From: Anthoceros angustus
Lineage: Eukaryota > Plantae > Anthocerotophyta
Length of the DNA: 64,000 nt
Direction: 5' to 3'
Assembly: GCA_010909165.1 (NCBI GenBank)
Contig: VJWM01000301.1
Coordinates: 1-64,000 of the forward strand
A model generated the notes under the pieces. It searched no databases, was not told the DNA's origin, and was given only the letters and a program-made list of their open reading frames with translations. The position numbers and the translations under genes are program-made. Below, in pieces: positions 39,657-53,249 of the stretch (position 1 is its first letter; each line of letters starts with the position of its first letter).

Positions 39657-42449
39657 CTGTGGTGAAAGCATATGAGTGATGAGGTTTTGATGGTGACCCA
39701 TGCAAGCCTACAAATAAAGCTTTAATGCTTCTTTCCTTTTGAGGGAAACCATTGGCATGAAAATGGCATGATATGACAAGCTGAGCCAGGCTGCTTAGCG
39801 TAGTGCTCCTCGGAGATATTTTGATGGCGGATAGAGGGATTGTATGGAGCGTAGCTATGTTGTCCCTTAGGTGCTTTCAAGGCTATTGCTTGGGACTCGT
39901 GCCCCTTTAATGTAAAAGATCCGGTGGGAATGAATAGAATAAGGGGCTATGGGGCAATGCTTCCTCGGCCATCCACTTGAGCCCGAGTCTTAAAACCTCG
40001 ATTCGCCCCTCCTTAAGCGGTCGCTAAAGAATTTAAGTCTTCTTGGCACTCATCATCATGCCGATTGTTGATGTTGCCCGATCAAGCGGGCTAGGCGGTA
40101 CCTAATGAGAGTTCAATCCTCGATCGCACACCGTCGCATTTCGAGGTTCCGCGTGCCGCCCACACCCACTCATACGAGCGGTTGAAAGACCCACATATGG
40201 TTTCTTTGACGCCATGGAGTTTGAGAGTAAGGGGCTCCTTGGGGCTGTCACTTTGTTCCTGTTTCCCCGAACTCGGTACACTATAGTTCTATAGCTGATC
40301 CGTTCCCAAGTCGACGGTTATGCGACTCAAAGTGAGCACACTTTGAGTGATTGTGTTGTCCGACCCGCGATTGTGAACTCGGTTGTAAACTCCGATTGTG
40401 TTAAGCGACCCGGCCGTCAAGTGCGTTTTGAGTAGCGATGGCGGTACAACTGGCGAGCGGAGAACCGGAGGTGATGGCGGACAACTGGCGGCGCCCGGCG
40501 CCGAGGACCTTCCGAGGTGGATCCCAGCGTCGAGGAGAGATGCGTGATGAAGAGGAGGTGATGCCTGAATTGTGCAAACTTTGACCCTTGTGACAAGGGT
40601 TGTGTAACATTGCGTCCGCTTCCTAGCCTTCCTCGGAGAAAGAGAAGGGTCCCACCCTTCCGGATGGAACTCGTCCTTGTTTTTTGGTCACATGCTTCCA
40701 CGCCTTGATCACGAGCTATCATCACAGTTGGTACTACTCTCGATCCGTGGTCTCCAAGGGCTTACTTTTGAAGAAAGCGGAACTCGGATGACTCGACTGA
40801 GAAATCTGGATCTTGTGCCCGAACCTAATCATCTCCTTCTATCGTAAGTGTAAAAGTCTGAGTGATCTGTTTCTTTGCATGATAAATGCTAATAAGGTAG
40901 ATTTTGTTTGAGGGCTCAAGGTTTTAATCGGCATCACGAATGGAGCACGGGGAGCCACCTTGCTTTTGTGAAGACTATGCTCGATACGGACCGGGGCGGA
41001 TCGAGTGATAATGAACTCATCACAAATGTGGTTTCGTAGTCTACCCAAGTCACGCGAGGTTGGCAAAGACGATCGCCTATCGGGATGTAAAAGTCGCGAG
41101 CTTTTGATATAAAGTTGCTCACACATTTCACAATCTTGAGTCCCACGCAAATAAGGAAAGGCTTGCGCCCACCTTAAGTAAGCTAAGGCTATATCAATAG
41201 CACACTACGGTGCTTTACGAATGCTTTGCAAATTGCCCCAGCAAGCTTTAGCGCTTTGGACCGCACTTGTAAGAGCGCTTTGCGGTTTCGCGGCATCGAT
41301 AGAGGCCAAGCCGCCTTCCATTGTGCGTGTGAGGGCCTTCTCATAGCAAGGGTCAGCCATCCGCGATGCTAGATAGCTACAAGTCCGCTGGGTCGGTGCT
41401 CTTTGCAAAGCGTTTTGAGTATTGTCGGTTGCATGCAATTGCTCATGATTAGAATTGGCTGCTGCGAGTGCGTTGCAAATGTTGCTGCGAGTGCGTTGAT
41501 AAGCGTTGATAAGAGAGCGTTGCAATTTTAACGCCTCGTGTTGTAAAGCGCTTTGGATTGACCGCCTAATAAGCACCCAGTAAGAGGCCTTTCTCTTGTC
41601 CTACTAACCATCCACTACATAGCTAGAAGGGCCTTCCATCGCGTGCGAGGGCCTTCTAGTAGCAAGGGTCAATAAAAACGGTGCACACCTAAATCGACCA
41701 TCCGGATGCTAGATAGCTACAAGTCCGTTGCGGCAGTCTATGCTCTTTGTAAAGCGTTTTCAGAGTATCGCGTTATCGAAGTTGCATGGAATTGCTCTAG
41801 ATTAGAATTGGCTCGATTTATGCGGTTACGCTTTCGAATCGGAGGTTGGAGCGAGGGGCCAGCAAAGCACTTCATACTGAAAGGTAGCCTCTGCACTTTC
41901 CAACGTGCTCAGTGAAGACAGGGCAAGTGTTGTCGAGCTTAAGCTAACCCACGATCATTGTTGAGGTAGGTCCTTATGGATCGCTCGTAGATTTAAGCGC
42001 CCAAATATCCAATATATTTTCCAAAAATGTTGGTGCAAAGAGTGCAAGGCGAGTTCGAGCTAACCAAATCGTAAACATTTGCGCAAGAATGGACCTTACC
42101 TCCACAGAATGAAGTCCCGGTGGAGAACCGCAAGGAGATGAAGAACGAGGAGGAGAAGGAGGACGAGGAGAAGAACAACGAGGAGGAGAAGGAGGACGAG
42201 GAGAAGGAGGAGGAGGAGAAGAAATAGCGAGAACAAGGAGAACCACCCGTAGCCCTGGCGTGAGTTGCAATCCTTTTCTTCTATGCTAGGAAATAAACTA
42301 ATGAAGTAATTATGGAGCCCTTTTCTTCTATGCTAGAAAATACAATAATAAAGCAATTATATAATATTATCTATAGAATAATTCGATGTGGCATACTAAT
42401 TGTGGTAAGTATGTTTGTCTTGTTATATTAAAGGTAGTTTAATTATTCA

Positions 42450-45400
42450 TATGTGTAATTATGGTTGTTTTTTATAGTTGGAAGGAGTTTTATTTGCATG
42501 TTATAACAAGTCTGAACGTAGGAGTGGACACATGGCTTTGCGGTGTAGGAAAACCTTTGGATGGAAAGGGGGCGCGGACCCTTTATTGCACCTCCTTATC
42601 ATCCAAAAGAGGGGAAGATCCAAAGTCTCATGATGCTATTGTTTTATACAAGCATCTTTTGAAAGGCGTGTACCCTAGAGAATGGGGAATGTGGGAGAAG
42701 GGACCTATTCCTATTAACAAGTCATTTCTATATTGGGGCGAAGGTGGATAGTGAAGGAGGCAACAAACCCGGCCATGGGGTTGGGTTTATTTTCCATGGA
42801 GAAAATCGTAGTGAGAAAAGATAATGTGAATGGAGTTCCTTTGTTTGTGTTTGGGGTCCAAAGTATACACAGGAGAATATAACAAGATAGTGAACTACAA
42901 CAGTTAATTTCCAAGTATGCATTGACTTTCAATAGACTCCGGTAAAGATGTTAATGATGGCCCAATTGAGTACCTCGATGGGCATGTTGCATATGGGAAT
43001 GTGGCGGGATATATGAATAGTAGTAGTGGAAATATCGCAATCAAGCAAAATTGCATTTGGGAAGAAAGGTCGGATGGGCATGAGCTACTAAGTGGCGACC
43101 ATCTTGATTGGATTTGCACTTGGGCGGTGAGGACCATTAATGCTGGGAAGAGTTGTTTGTTGATTACAATTGGTATAACGAACCATTTGAAGCCAAAAAG
43201 GCCGTGCGAAGAGTACATAGACACATTAAATTACGGATGGAGTGGAAGAAATTGAAGGCAAAGTTGATGCACGAGGATGTGGAATAGTTTTTGTTGTAGG
43301 ATGTAGAAGAGTTGATGTTGAGGGTCTTGTACCTTGTGTATATTGACTATATCGCAACAAAACAATTAGTATATCTGTCGACTTGACTTCTTAACCTTTT
43401 AGTTTTGCATGTTGTTCAATATTTCCTTAATAATAGTGGTTATACTAAAGTTATTAAATTATAATATAATTTTTCTATATAGTACTACAATATTTTATAT
43501 ACTTATTTGATATTTTATTTTGTGCGTGTGATTGAATAATCAGTTGAAGAGGAACAAGATTTTATTGAGGTTGATGATCATTTTGAGGTTGATGAAGAAC
43601 ATGTCAACATTCATCCCGACGAACAAGTGACCATAGAGTTGGTGGAGGCACTTGGTGGGGTTTCGCATCGCGAAATGACTAAAGACAGTCGATTCCTTGC
43701 ACGAGGAATTAAAGGCGATGCACCAACTACGCCTCTATGGGTTGGAGCCGAGATAAGTTTATTGGCATTCATTTTATTGTTATTGAACATCCAAAGGCAT
43801 GGCTGGTCGGATGCATCTTTGAATTCAATTTTATCATTACTAGGCAAATTAGGCCTCCCATTGGCAACAAGTTGCCAAAAGTAGGGCTGAAATTAAAAAG
43901 ATGCTTAAGGGTTTGGCCTAACATATACATCCATACATGCTTGTCAAGATGATTGTATGTTGTTCACAGTTTTAATTGCTATTCGCAAGATGTGTGGGAA
44001 ACATAGGTATCGAATTGACACGAAGAACGAGCGTGTGCAGTTAAGCTACTTGATATTTTCCATTGATTCCTAGATTGAAACAAATGTTTAGATGTCCGGA
44101 GCTAGCAAGTATGATGTCATGGCACGCCACAAATAAGTCTAATGATGGGATTATGCGGGTCCCATCGATAGCTATGCATGGGAACATGTGGACAACACTT
44201 ATCCGAGTTTGCTAAGGAGGCGCCGTTCGATTAGGACTTGCTACGGATGGGATTAATCCTTTGGGCACCAAAGTTCTAAGTATTCTATATGGCCTGCTTC
44301 TTATCAATTATAACGCCTCCTTGGTTATCTATCAAGAATGGGCATATATTGTTGTCAATGATTATTCCCGGTCAAGTAAAGATGCGGATATATATTTCAA
44401 CCACTCATCGAAGAGTTGAAGATGCATGGGAGGAAGGTGTGGTCGTACAAGATGCTTCTATGGCTATTGGAAATGCTCAAAGACAATTTAAATTGAAGGC
44501 CTTATTGTTGTGGACGATGCATGATTATCCGGATATTCTTTCACTTCTAAAATGCAAACAAAAGGGAAGCGGGCATGTCCAATATGTTGGGACAAATTAG
44601 AAGCAAGAAAGTCAATGTTCACAAACAAAATGACGTATGATAAGAATTTTAGAAAATTTTACCGAGGAACACAAGTTTAGAGTGGAAGAGCGGGATTCAT
44701 TCAATGGAAAGGTGAGATGGAAATTATTCATCCGGACTATGCACCAACTCCGGAGGATATTATGATCGAAAGCTTTAACCGGAAATATGCAAAAGACAAT
44801 GGTGAAGACAGCCACAGGGTGTTACTAGCGAGCCTTCAATTTTGGGAGCTTCCATCTGGGAGGTATGTATGCATGCATATGGGGTCTTGCAAGTATTACC
44901 TTTTCAAGAATATTTTAATTATATTATTGGTAGCATCGGTAGGTAGACTAATAGCTATTCATGAAGGTTAACTTTTAGTCATGCTATTTGGTGGTTGCGA
45001 TATTGTTGTCAATGATTATTCACGGTCCAAGCAAGTCAAGATGCGGATATATATTTCAACCACTCATCGAAGAGTTGAAGGTGGGAGGAAGGTGTGGTCG
45101 TACAAGATGCTTCTATGGCTATTGGAAATGCTCAAAGACAATTTAAATTGAAGGCCTTATTGTTGTGGACGATGCATGATTATCCGGATATTCTTTCACT
45201 TCTAAAATGCAAACAAAAGGGAAGCGGGCATGTCCAATATGTTGGGACAAATTAGAAGCAAGAAAGTCAATGTTCACAAACAAAATGACGTATGATAAGA
45301 ATTTTAGAAAATTTTACCGAGGAACACAAGTTTAGAGTGGAAGAGCGGGATTCATTCAATGGAAAAGATGGAAATTATTCATCCGGACTATGCACCAACT

Positions 45401-47280
45401 CCGGAGGATATTATGATCGAAAGCTTTAACCGGAAATATGCAAAAGACAATGGTGAAGACAGCCACAGGGTGTTACTAGCGACGAGCCTTCAATTTTGGG
45501 AGCTTCCATCGGAGGTATGTATGCATGCATATGGGGTCTTGCAAGTATTACCTTTTCAAGAATATTTTAATTATATTATTGGTAGCATCGGTAGGTAGAC
45601 TAATAGCTATTCATGAAGGTTAACTTTTAGTCATGCTATTTGGTGGTTGCGAGATATTGTTGATCGACACTTATTTGATATCATGCACATTGGAAAGAAT
45701 GTAAGTCAGATTTTGGCACACATATGTGGGAATCAAGATTCCCTTGGTAGTCGAGAGATCTTGAGTATTCAAATACCAAACAAGATTGGTGGCCCCATGC
45801 GAGGCCATCGCTGGAAGGAGACAAAGAGGCCAAAACATTGTAAATGGGGTGCAAGGTAACGCAAAAACTGGCGAACCAGGACGGACATTTATAACGGCCA
45901 CAGGTTCTTGGACATGGCAGCAAAAGAGGCGAATGTATGCTAATGCAGAGGAAAAATTGAGAACAAGGATTTGCAGCATTCTCCTCGGTATGGGTCAAAT
46001 TGAAGCGTTGTTTTCTAAAGGAAAGGGAATTTCGGTTAAAGTCTCATGATCATCACCATCATTACGGATTTGTGGCCAATTGTCTTGAAAGGATTAATAC
46101 ATCATGATGTTCACAAGGCTATATGTGATCTTGCCGAGCTATTCTGTGGCTTTGTTCAAAAGAAATTGCGAAGGATGAAATTCCAGCTATGAAGGTGAAA
46201 AGTGTGGAGATCATGTGTGTGTTGGAGAGGAATTTCCAACGACTTTTCGACAAGTCAAGTACATGTTGTTGTTCATCTTGTGCGGGAGGTTGAATTATGT
46301 GGACCAACTCGATATCGATGGATGTATTTCTTAGAAAGGCACATGAAAGTGTTAAAGGGACTTGTTCGAAAGCCCGACGAAGGTAGCATGGCTTTAGGAT
46401 ACTTAGCACAAGAGATAATGTTTTATAGCTCGAGTTCTTTGGAAATACACATGAAGAGGCACCAAGAGTGTGGAAATCAAGATGATGTCACCCAATGTGG
46501 GTGTTATTGCAAGGAATGGCAAAATTATGACCGAATGATGTGGAAATGCAAGATGAGGAAAGTGTTAGTGGAAAACTCAGTGTACTCAAAAATGGCGAAA
46601 AGTGTATGACGGTATGACGAGCAACGCCCTTTTGCGTAATGGTTGATAGATGAAGTTATAGTAGCGAAGAAAGAAATGCGGTACAAACCTATGGGTTGGA
46701 TGTGAGCAATTGTCGAGGACCTCCTCAGGTGCGATCATATAAAATGATGTGGGCATATGGAAATCATATAAGGACTATAGATGCGAGATAGGGAAAGAAT
46801 ACATGTGATAGCATTATAAAACATCTATATAACATCTATATTCACATCGCGGGACACCGAACCTATTATAGCGATTTTCCCTATCTGGAAAGGTGGAAAA
46901 GATTTTGGAGGTGGACTTAGGGCCGTCTAAAAAGTAAATGTGTTGAAGGTGAGATGGTTCAAGGCTCAATGGAACAAAGAGCACATCAAAAGATACATCT
47001 CGTATGTTCATGGTTAACGATGTCATGTTATCCAATGATAAGTTGGAGGATGAGCCATTTGTACTAGTATCGGAGAAAGTGGAGCAAGTCTTTTGTATGA
47101 GAATTCTAAAATGCATGGAAAATTGTGGTGGGTACAAGCGCACGTGGAAGACGCATAGTACAAGGTGAGGCTCAAGACGAGGATAACATGAGTCAAGATG
47201 ATGAGGATGCGGATATCATAGGTGAGGATGATGAAGACAATGATAGCGTGAGCGATAATGACCAATGAGTTACATAGTAG
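42450..47280 (+). pseudogene. CACTA Tnp2 transposase (transposase-associated, Transposase_21, DUF4218, DUF4216-like parts); frameshifted
   Basis: FHGE (~42795); DGINP, PPWLSIKNGHILLSMIIPG, FKLKALLLWTMHDYP; FWELP; HLFDIMHIGKNV; HVVVHLVREVELCGPTRYRWMYFLERHMKVLKGLVR; QVRSYKMMWAYGNHIRT. Boundaries approximate. Confidence 0.9.
44346..45653 (+). repeat. Tandem duplication of a 654-bp transposase segment
   Basis: Two near-identical copies (44346-44999, 45000-45653); atattgttg at 44346, 45000 and 45654. Confidence 0.92.
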
Positions 47281-48099
47281 AGTTGGAGTAATAGACTTGT
47301 TATGTGGAAAGGAGAAGGCGGGGAAGGGAGATGATAGAGGGATAAGGAGTGGGAGACGATAGAGGGATAAGGAGTGGAGAGGGTGGGAGGATAGATAAGG
47401 AGTGGAGGGTGGGAGGATAGATAGGTAATTGATAGGTTGAAAAATATTTTAAAGCTTTTCTTATAAGTATAAAAAGTATCCCAAGTCTTAAATATTTCAC
47501 TTATTTAATTATAATTATGGTGAGTACAAAGCGTCGTGGAAGACGGGTTCGGTTTAAGGGTTTACGACACCAAAGCATGACCGATTGTTGCGATACGTGG
47601 TTGCTGCGCCAATTTCGATGATCGACCTCTTGGCTTCTTGGTAGCGATGATGAAGCACTAGAATTGGGCCACAAATCAATCTCTTTTCTTTGAGTGGTAT
47701 CGATCTTGGCTTGCCTCGGCGGATCTGGAAAGAGTAAAGAAGACAGACGTTGATGATTTCTCACACACCCCTTTGTTCCCAGCCTCAAGCGGTGCCTCAG
47801 CGAGCCAAGGCCGCTGGCTTGTCCACATGGAAAACCTGCAGAGCCTTCGGACCATTGTTGAGGACACATAGTAAACAAGGTGAGGACATAGCCCGCTTGC
47901 TTCACAAGATGGTTGTGATACAAGTCTCCCGTTTCGTCGCCATGCGAACAAGTGGCGCCATCTGGCGGCTTGGGGTTCCCTGATGTAGGGAAGTTGTCCC
48001 GCCTACTCAAATTGGCTAAGTACCTCGAGAGGTGTGCGAATCCTCCTTCCGGGTTTTGGAGAATAAGGACAAATTTTGGACACTCAGAGGGGCAGCCGC

Positions 48100-48520
48100 C
48101 CTCGTTGGATCATCTTATGGAGGAGGAATGGGAGCACCATGGATGTGGTCTTGGCGAGTGGGGATAAGCTGTTTCTTGATTCAAGAATCTTGGTTCTCTC
48201 TGGTTACATCCATCATATGCTATGATGGGCTATTGACAACGACCCCCTACATGGATCGTCTTAATTGGCAAGTGGGGATGTCTTGATTTCAAAGAACCTC
48301 GGTTTAGTCTTCACTATGATGGACAACTAGTGGTGATTCCTTTTTGTAGTCTTGCTTGCTTTGTCGGGATATGGTGACATGGAATGCCCTTATGGGTACA
48401 GCAAGGGCTCGGCTGCTGGAGAATGTAGTGGTGGGCACCTACACGGTGGACATGTATGCAAAATTTGGTGGAAAATGCGCAAGTTTTGGCTTGACCCATG
48501 AAAGACTCTAAGGGTGTTGC
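48100..48520 (+). pseudogene. Degenerate PLS-class PPR fragment
   Basis: cgggatatggtgacatggaatgccctt = RDMVTWNAL; LLENVVVGT..VDMYAKFG. Confidence 0.7.
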
Positions 48521-49165
48521 CCGATTTTGCAAATGGAATCGAATGTCATGCGCACAAAGAGATCCTGCAATGGCTTGCGATCTGTCAGCAAAATTCACGA
48601 GCATTGAGAAGGCGGATTGCAACATGCTCCACACACCATCATTCACCATGCATGTCAACAACCTCCTCCTTTCCCGAGCTTGGGCAATAATCTGCCGACA
48701 GCGACACCGTCTAAACGCGTTGGTCGTAATCACACGGAAGAGAACTCGAAGCTTGCGTCTTCGCGTCTTCCACATCTCTCCATCGGTGAAAATGCCATTC
48801 CCCAGCTCTTCCGATGCGGAAGGATTCCTTGCCCATGAACTTGATGGTGCGTTCGCATTTTGAAGCGAGACAAACACATGTGTGTCACAAGCATCCAAGA
48901 TGCTCTCGAGCATCCCATTCCGGTAGTACACCGTTAGGATTCGATCCATTACCTTAGGGAAGTTCTCGTTGCCTCTCGAATGTGCTCAATGTTGGGTGGG
49001 TGCGTCGTGTGAAGCGGTGAAGGCACTCAACGTGAATGCGCTCCTTGGACCTGAGCCAGTCAACAAGGTACATCATGCAGCCAATTCTTGGCCAGCCCTT
49101 GGGACCCGTGTATCCTTCTCGACAACCCATAGCTCAGCGGAGATAGAGTACAAAGGCAACCGTGC
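48520..49165 (-). pseudogene. Captured cytochrome P450 N-terminal fragment, CYP704-like (CYP86 clan), three exons and two introns
   Basis: PKGWPRIG; NIEHI...ENFPK|gtaat (donor 48951-48952); LGNGIF.DGEMWK...ASFEFSS; EVVDM then intron; ttgcag|DLFVRMTFDSICKIG (48564-48520). Matches the remembered CYP704 pattern RKTASFEF...DLFMRMTLDSICKVG. Confidence 0.85.
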
Positions 49166-49329
49166 GGCAGATCCAAGTCAAGGCATCCATGGTTGCCGCC
49201 TTTGGAACACCACTCCAATGTCTTGCCAATCAGCCGCAAGTTGCCGTGCAAGGAATTGATACCCCCCAAACACGGGCGCATGCTCACTCGTAATTTGCCC
49301 ATGGTGGCGAACTAAAAGACCTAAAATGC

Positions 49330-50330
49330 CATTACCCTGCTGGAATCCTTTCCTTCTCATCGCATAATTTTGGAGGCTCAGCGCACAGTCACTGAAGATG
49401 CTCCCTCCTTGGTGCAGCCACCACGGACTTGCCCCGGTGGTGATGATCGGGCATGTTTCTCTCCCAAACTCCCATTATGCGGTGATCACATCCCGGCCTC
49501 GGAATATGTACGTGACCCCACACGGAATTGGTTATATATTATGGGCCATGCCATATCCATCCACGCTGTCACAAATGTCTTGAATAATGGATGACGCATT
49601 GGCGGGTGGTGATGCCCGCAAGAAGAAGATGTGTCATCCATGCTACGTGACCGGGTCGGGACATGATCGATTGATGAGCGGGCACGTATGGTTGATTGGT
49701 CGTAAAACAAAATACATATGCAGGTCGAAATGGCACATTGTACAATTTGCGTGACGGCAATGAATGCCTCGTTTTCGGTTTGCTCCACTTGGAAGGTGAG
49801 GCACCATGACCCACCATGACCCATCATTCACAACAAGTTCAACTCCTGACAAGAGCTGAAACATGGGAGACATGAGGTGAGCACTTTGTTCTCGATGGAC
49901 AATTAGCAAGGTCGATCGTCGTGGCCACCTCCTTCCTCTGCCGTTTCCTTGCACTCATGCTATGTTTTTTAGGAGAGCTTCATCTGGCACATATGCTTCC
50001 AAATGTTTTCATGCATCAGGATCTTTGCATGCATCATGTGGCGACACTGCACAGGCATGTAATCTATATGATGAAGGCGACCATGTTACTCTTTGCCTCA
50101 AAGCAAAAACTTAGTCGCTTGGCCACGTGGATCATGACTATGTTCGATGACTGGCGAGCAGCGATGTGTGTAGCCCTTGTGGTGGACTTGGCACGATGGA
50201 AGCGAGATCGGTAGAATACCCAAGCCGGTGGCACTGGAAGCCGGTAGTATACAGCGTGCAAGATCGCTGCAATGGACTTTGTACATGAGACTACGTTGTG
50301 AATTTGGTGTAAAAGCGTCGAGGCTGATCT
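49330..50330. pseudogene. Further highly degenerate PPR-like sequence (orientation unclear)
   Basis: Minus RDVIT...IMG and FVTAWMDM; plus ACGGLGT-like motif. Fragmentary. Confidence 0.35.
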
Positions 50331-52539
50331 CGGCCTTGTCATACATTTTACAACATACAAGTGCGCTTTACAGCGGGCTGTGTTGTAAATTAGACTATGT
50401 TGTAAAAGTTGTGGGAGGCCTATCTTGGCCTCTCTTCGCTTACAATGAGTGAGGTTTGCAATGGATCGTGTTGTAAATTAGATTAGGTTATGCGTATGTT
50501 GTAAAACATGAGAGGCCGATCTGGCCGTCTCAAACATTTTACAACGTACAATTGGGCTTTTGGACCGTGTTGTAAAACACGGTCCATTGCAAAGCCCAAT
50601 TGAATGCTTTGTCTTGGGGAGGAGGTCCGTCGGAGAGAAGGCGGGAGGAGGTGATCGGACGGAGGTGTGTTTGGGTATAACTCTTCACTCCCACTTGTTG
50701 ATCATTTTGGAAAGTGATGCTCCAACAACCGGATCATCTCCGGTCCTTGTAGGATGGAGTCGGGTGAAAGCTGCGGATGCATTGCGTTGTGCATTCGCTG
50801 ACTCCTCGCGGTATATATTGGTGCGGTGAAACCTCCTCACGGTGCGTTATATTCCTCTTCTTCATCTTCACGCTCTGCAATTGGAGAAGGGGTTGTGGAG
50901 CGTAACGATCGAGATGTCGTCCTCCTCTAAGGATGCGAACCCCGCCCGGAGAGACTCCCTAGGCGCTGCGGCAAGCAAGGCGGCTAGGACAACCCTCTCT
51001 GCTGCTCGCAGGGACCCGACCGCTGCTGGGAAGCTCGAGCCGACCAAGCAGGAGCGCCCTCGGCTGGCAGTCGAGGACTAGGCGAGGCCATAATCGGGAG
51101 GACATGGGAGGTCCTCCATTGCGCTTAGCACAATTTCTCCCACGCGTGCCCCTCGCCACTGCGCAAGAGGGAGCTCGGGGCCTCGACCATGGGCTGAGGC
51201 TATGTCTGACGGAGGAGGTGAGGCCCTCACGAATTTCCCTCGAGGTAACCACGATAAGGATGTGAAGATTGTGAGCCTAGGCAGCGTACAGCAGCTCCTA
51301 TCTCTGTATCGATGCAAGCATCTTGTGCGGTCATGAAGCGGATCAGTGCGTGGTTCTGACTCTGTTCCACGGTCATGTTGTAAGCCGCCATGAAGTGACG
51401 GGTTTTGCTTCATCTCTGCTCCTACTCCCCGCTCTAAAGCTATCTAATTGCTTTGTGTCTTGGCAGGATCTCTTGAGGATTGAGGAGGATCTTGTTCCTC
51501 CCAAGATGACATGTGCGGTGAGGACTCGATGCTGAGGCCTCCAGTCCCTCCGACTCGGAGAATCCAAAGGAAGAGTCCTCCAGGGACGAGCCCGATGGGA
51601 TTAGGTAGCAGGCATGTAGGCTAGTTGGGGTTAGATAGGAAAGTTCCGACTCCTAACCCCGGACCTCGAACATGCTTCTCGTGCAGCTCTTTTGAAAGAG
51701 CTTTCGTTAATATATCTGCGGGGTTTTCTTGTGTAGGCACATACTCCGGTTGCTTGACTAACGCTTTGCGTTTGGGATCGTGTTTGAGCTCGGAAGTGAG
51801 ATCAAGATTCGGAAGTGAGATGAGGAGTCAAAGTGTGAGCTCCTCTTCACTCGAGAAGGTCACCAGAGGATCCTTCAACCTTAGCGCTAAGGATCTAAAT
51901 ACTCCTATGTGTTTTCGGTGGAATCACCTCAATCGCCATTACACTAATGACATTTTCCATCAGTCCTTCAACCTCTTCCGGATCTGCGGTGACATTTCAA
52001 CATTTCAACATGCCTCTACATTTCGGATGTTACGACTAACCATGCTTCGAAATCCCTCAGATTGGTTTTTTCAATTCGGCATACTATGTAGATTATCGAA
52101 GTGAAGGCCTATCGAAACTCTATACCTATTGCGTCTATTAGAAATTAGCTCGTGAGCGAGGCTTCATTGGCGCCTGGATTGGCCATTTCATTAGGCGACT
52201 TTGTCGCTAATATGCAAGAACTGCATATCATTGTATTACAAATCTTTATATGTAGCACAATCAGTGATTGTCCTAGTGTATCTCCATTGGAATTGCGGAA
52301 GGCGCAATCCAAAGGAAGTACACTAGGATTCCTACCTAGATTCGCAGTTGCTATAAAATTTTCAACCGGTATACCCACGGCCTGGTTGAACTCACTACTC
52401 CACCATGGAGTAGAGATTATACATGTCTGGCAGCCCTTGATGAGTCGGCCAATTTTACCCCTAGTCTACCTAACATGCATATATAGCCCTACATGCAATA
52501 TCTAGAAAACGAATTCCCATGGTTCAAGGAAGTTGCCTT

Positions 52540-52820
52540 CCTCGGCCCTCGAAATAGGTTTCTATCTACATGCTACTTTTCCCAAGGACCAAGGAACATC
52601 CTTCCGAAACCCAAGACCAAGGACTAGGTTTCTATCTACATACCATTTTCCCAAGGACCAAGGAACATCCTTCCGAACCCAAGACCAAGGACTCGAAATA
52701 GGCTTCTCTACTTGCTACTTTCCCAAGGACCAAGGAACATCATTCAAACCCAAGACCAAGGACTTGAGTCTTTCTTCCCAAACCCCAAAGACCAAGGACT
52801 TGAGTCCTACCTATTTGAAT
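52540..52820. repeat. Short tandem repeats of ccaaggaccaaggaacatcc / ccaagaccaaggac
   Basis: Directly visible. Confidence 0.85.
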
Positions 52821-53249
52821 AGATAGGACCGGACTCGTAGCGGACTTGGCCACCGCTTCTCGGTGTGACCACACCAAGTAACCGTCCTCCCATCACCACT
52901 TCCTAGGACTCCCCTCTTGTGCGTGGGAAACTAGGCGAGGTAAGAGGAGCTCTTGCTCGCCTAACATTCTGCAAGGAGTCCGTGAGGTCCTCGGGTTAAA
53001 CAACATGTTCAAGCCGACTTGTTGGATGAGAAGCTTGTTTCTTTGAATATGCAGTGGGTCATTGTGCTTCTCCTTCCAAGTCGAGCTCTCCAAAGCACAG
53101 GAGGTGTGCGGATTGGATATGGGAGTCGTGAACCATCGACGTTATGTGAGTAGGGAAAGCTTCGAGGCCGTTGGAGCTCAGCCTAGCGTAGATAGACTAT
53201 TCTATTCCTCACCATCTTATATGTGCTAAAACTTTGTGCGAGATAAGAA

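Noticed and set aside
47457-47470. ttttcttataagt as an alternative CACTA right end
   Set aside because: Does not end in TAGTG and has no adjacent subterminal repeats.
51690-51920. Minus-strand YVPTQENPADILTKAL and KHIGV, resembling a copia RNase H end
   Set aside because: Spacing between motifs is too long and no flanking RT or LTR is visible; too weak to annotate.
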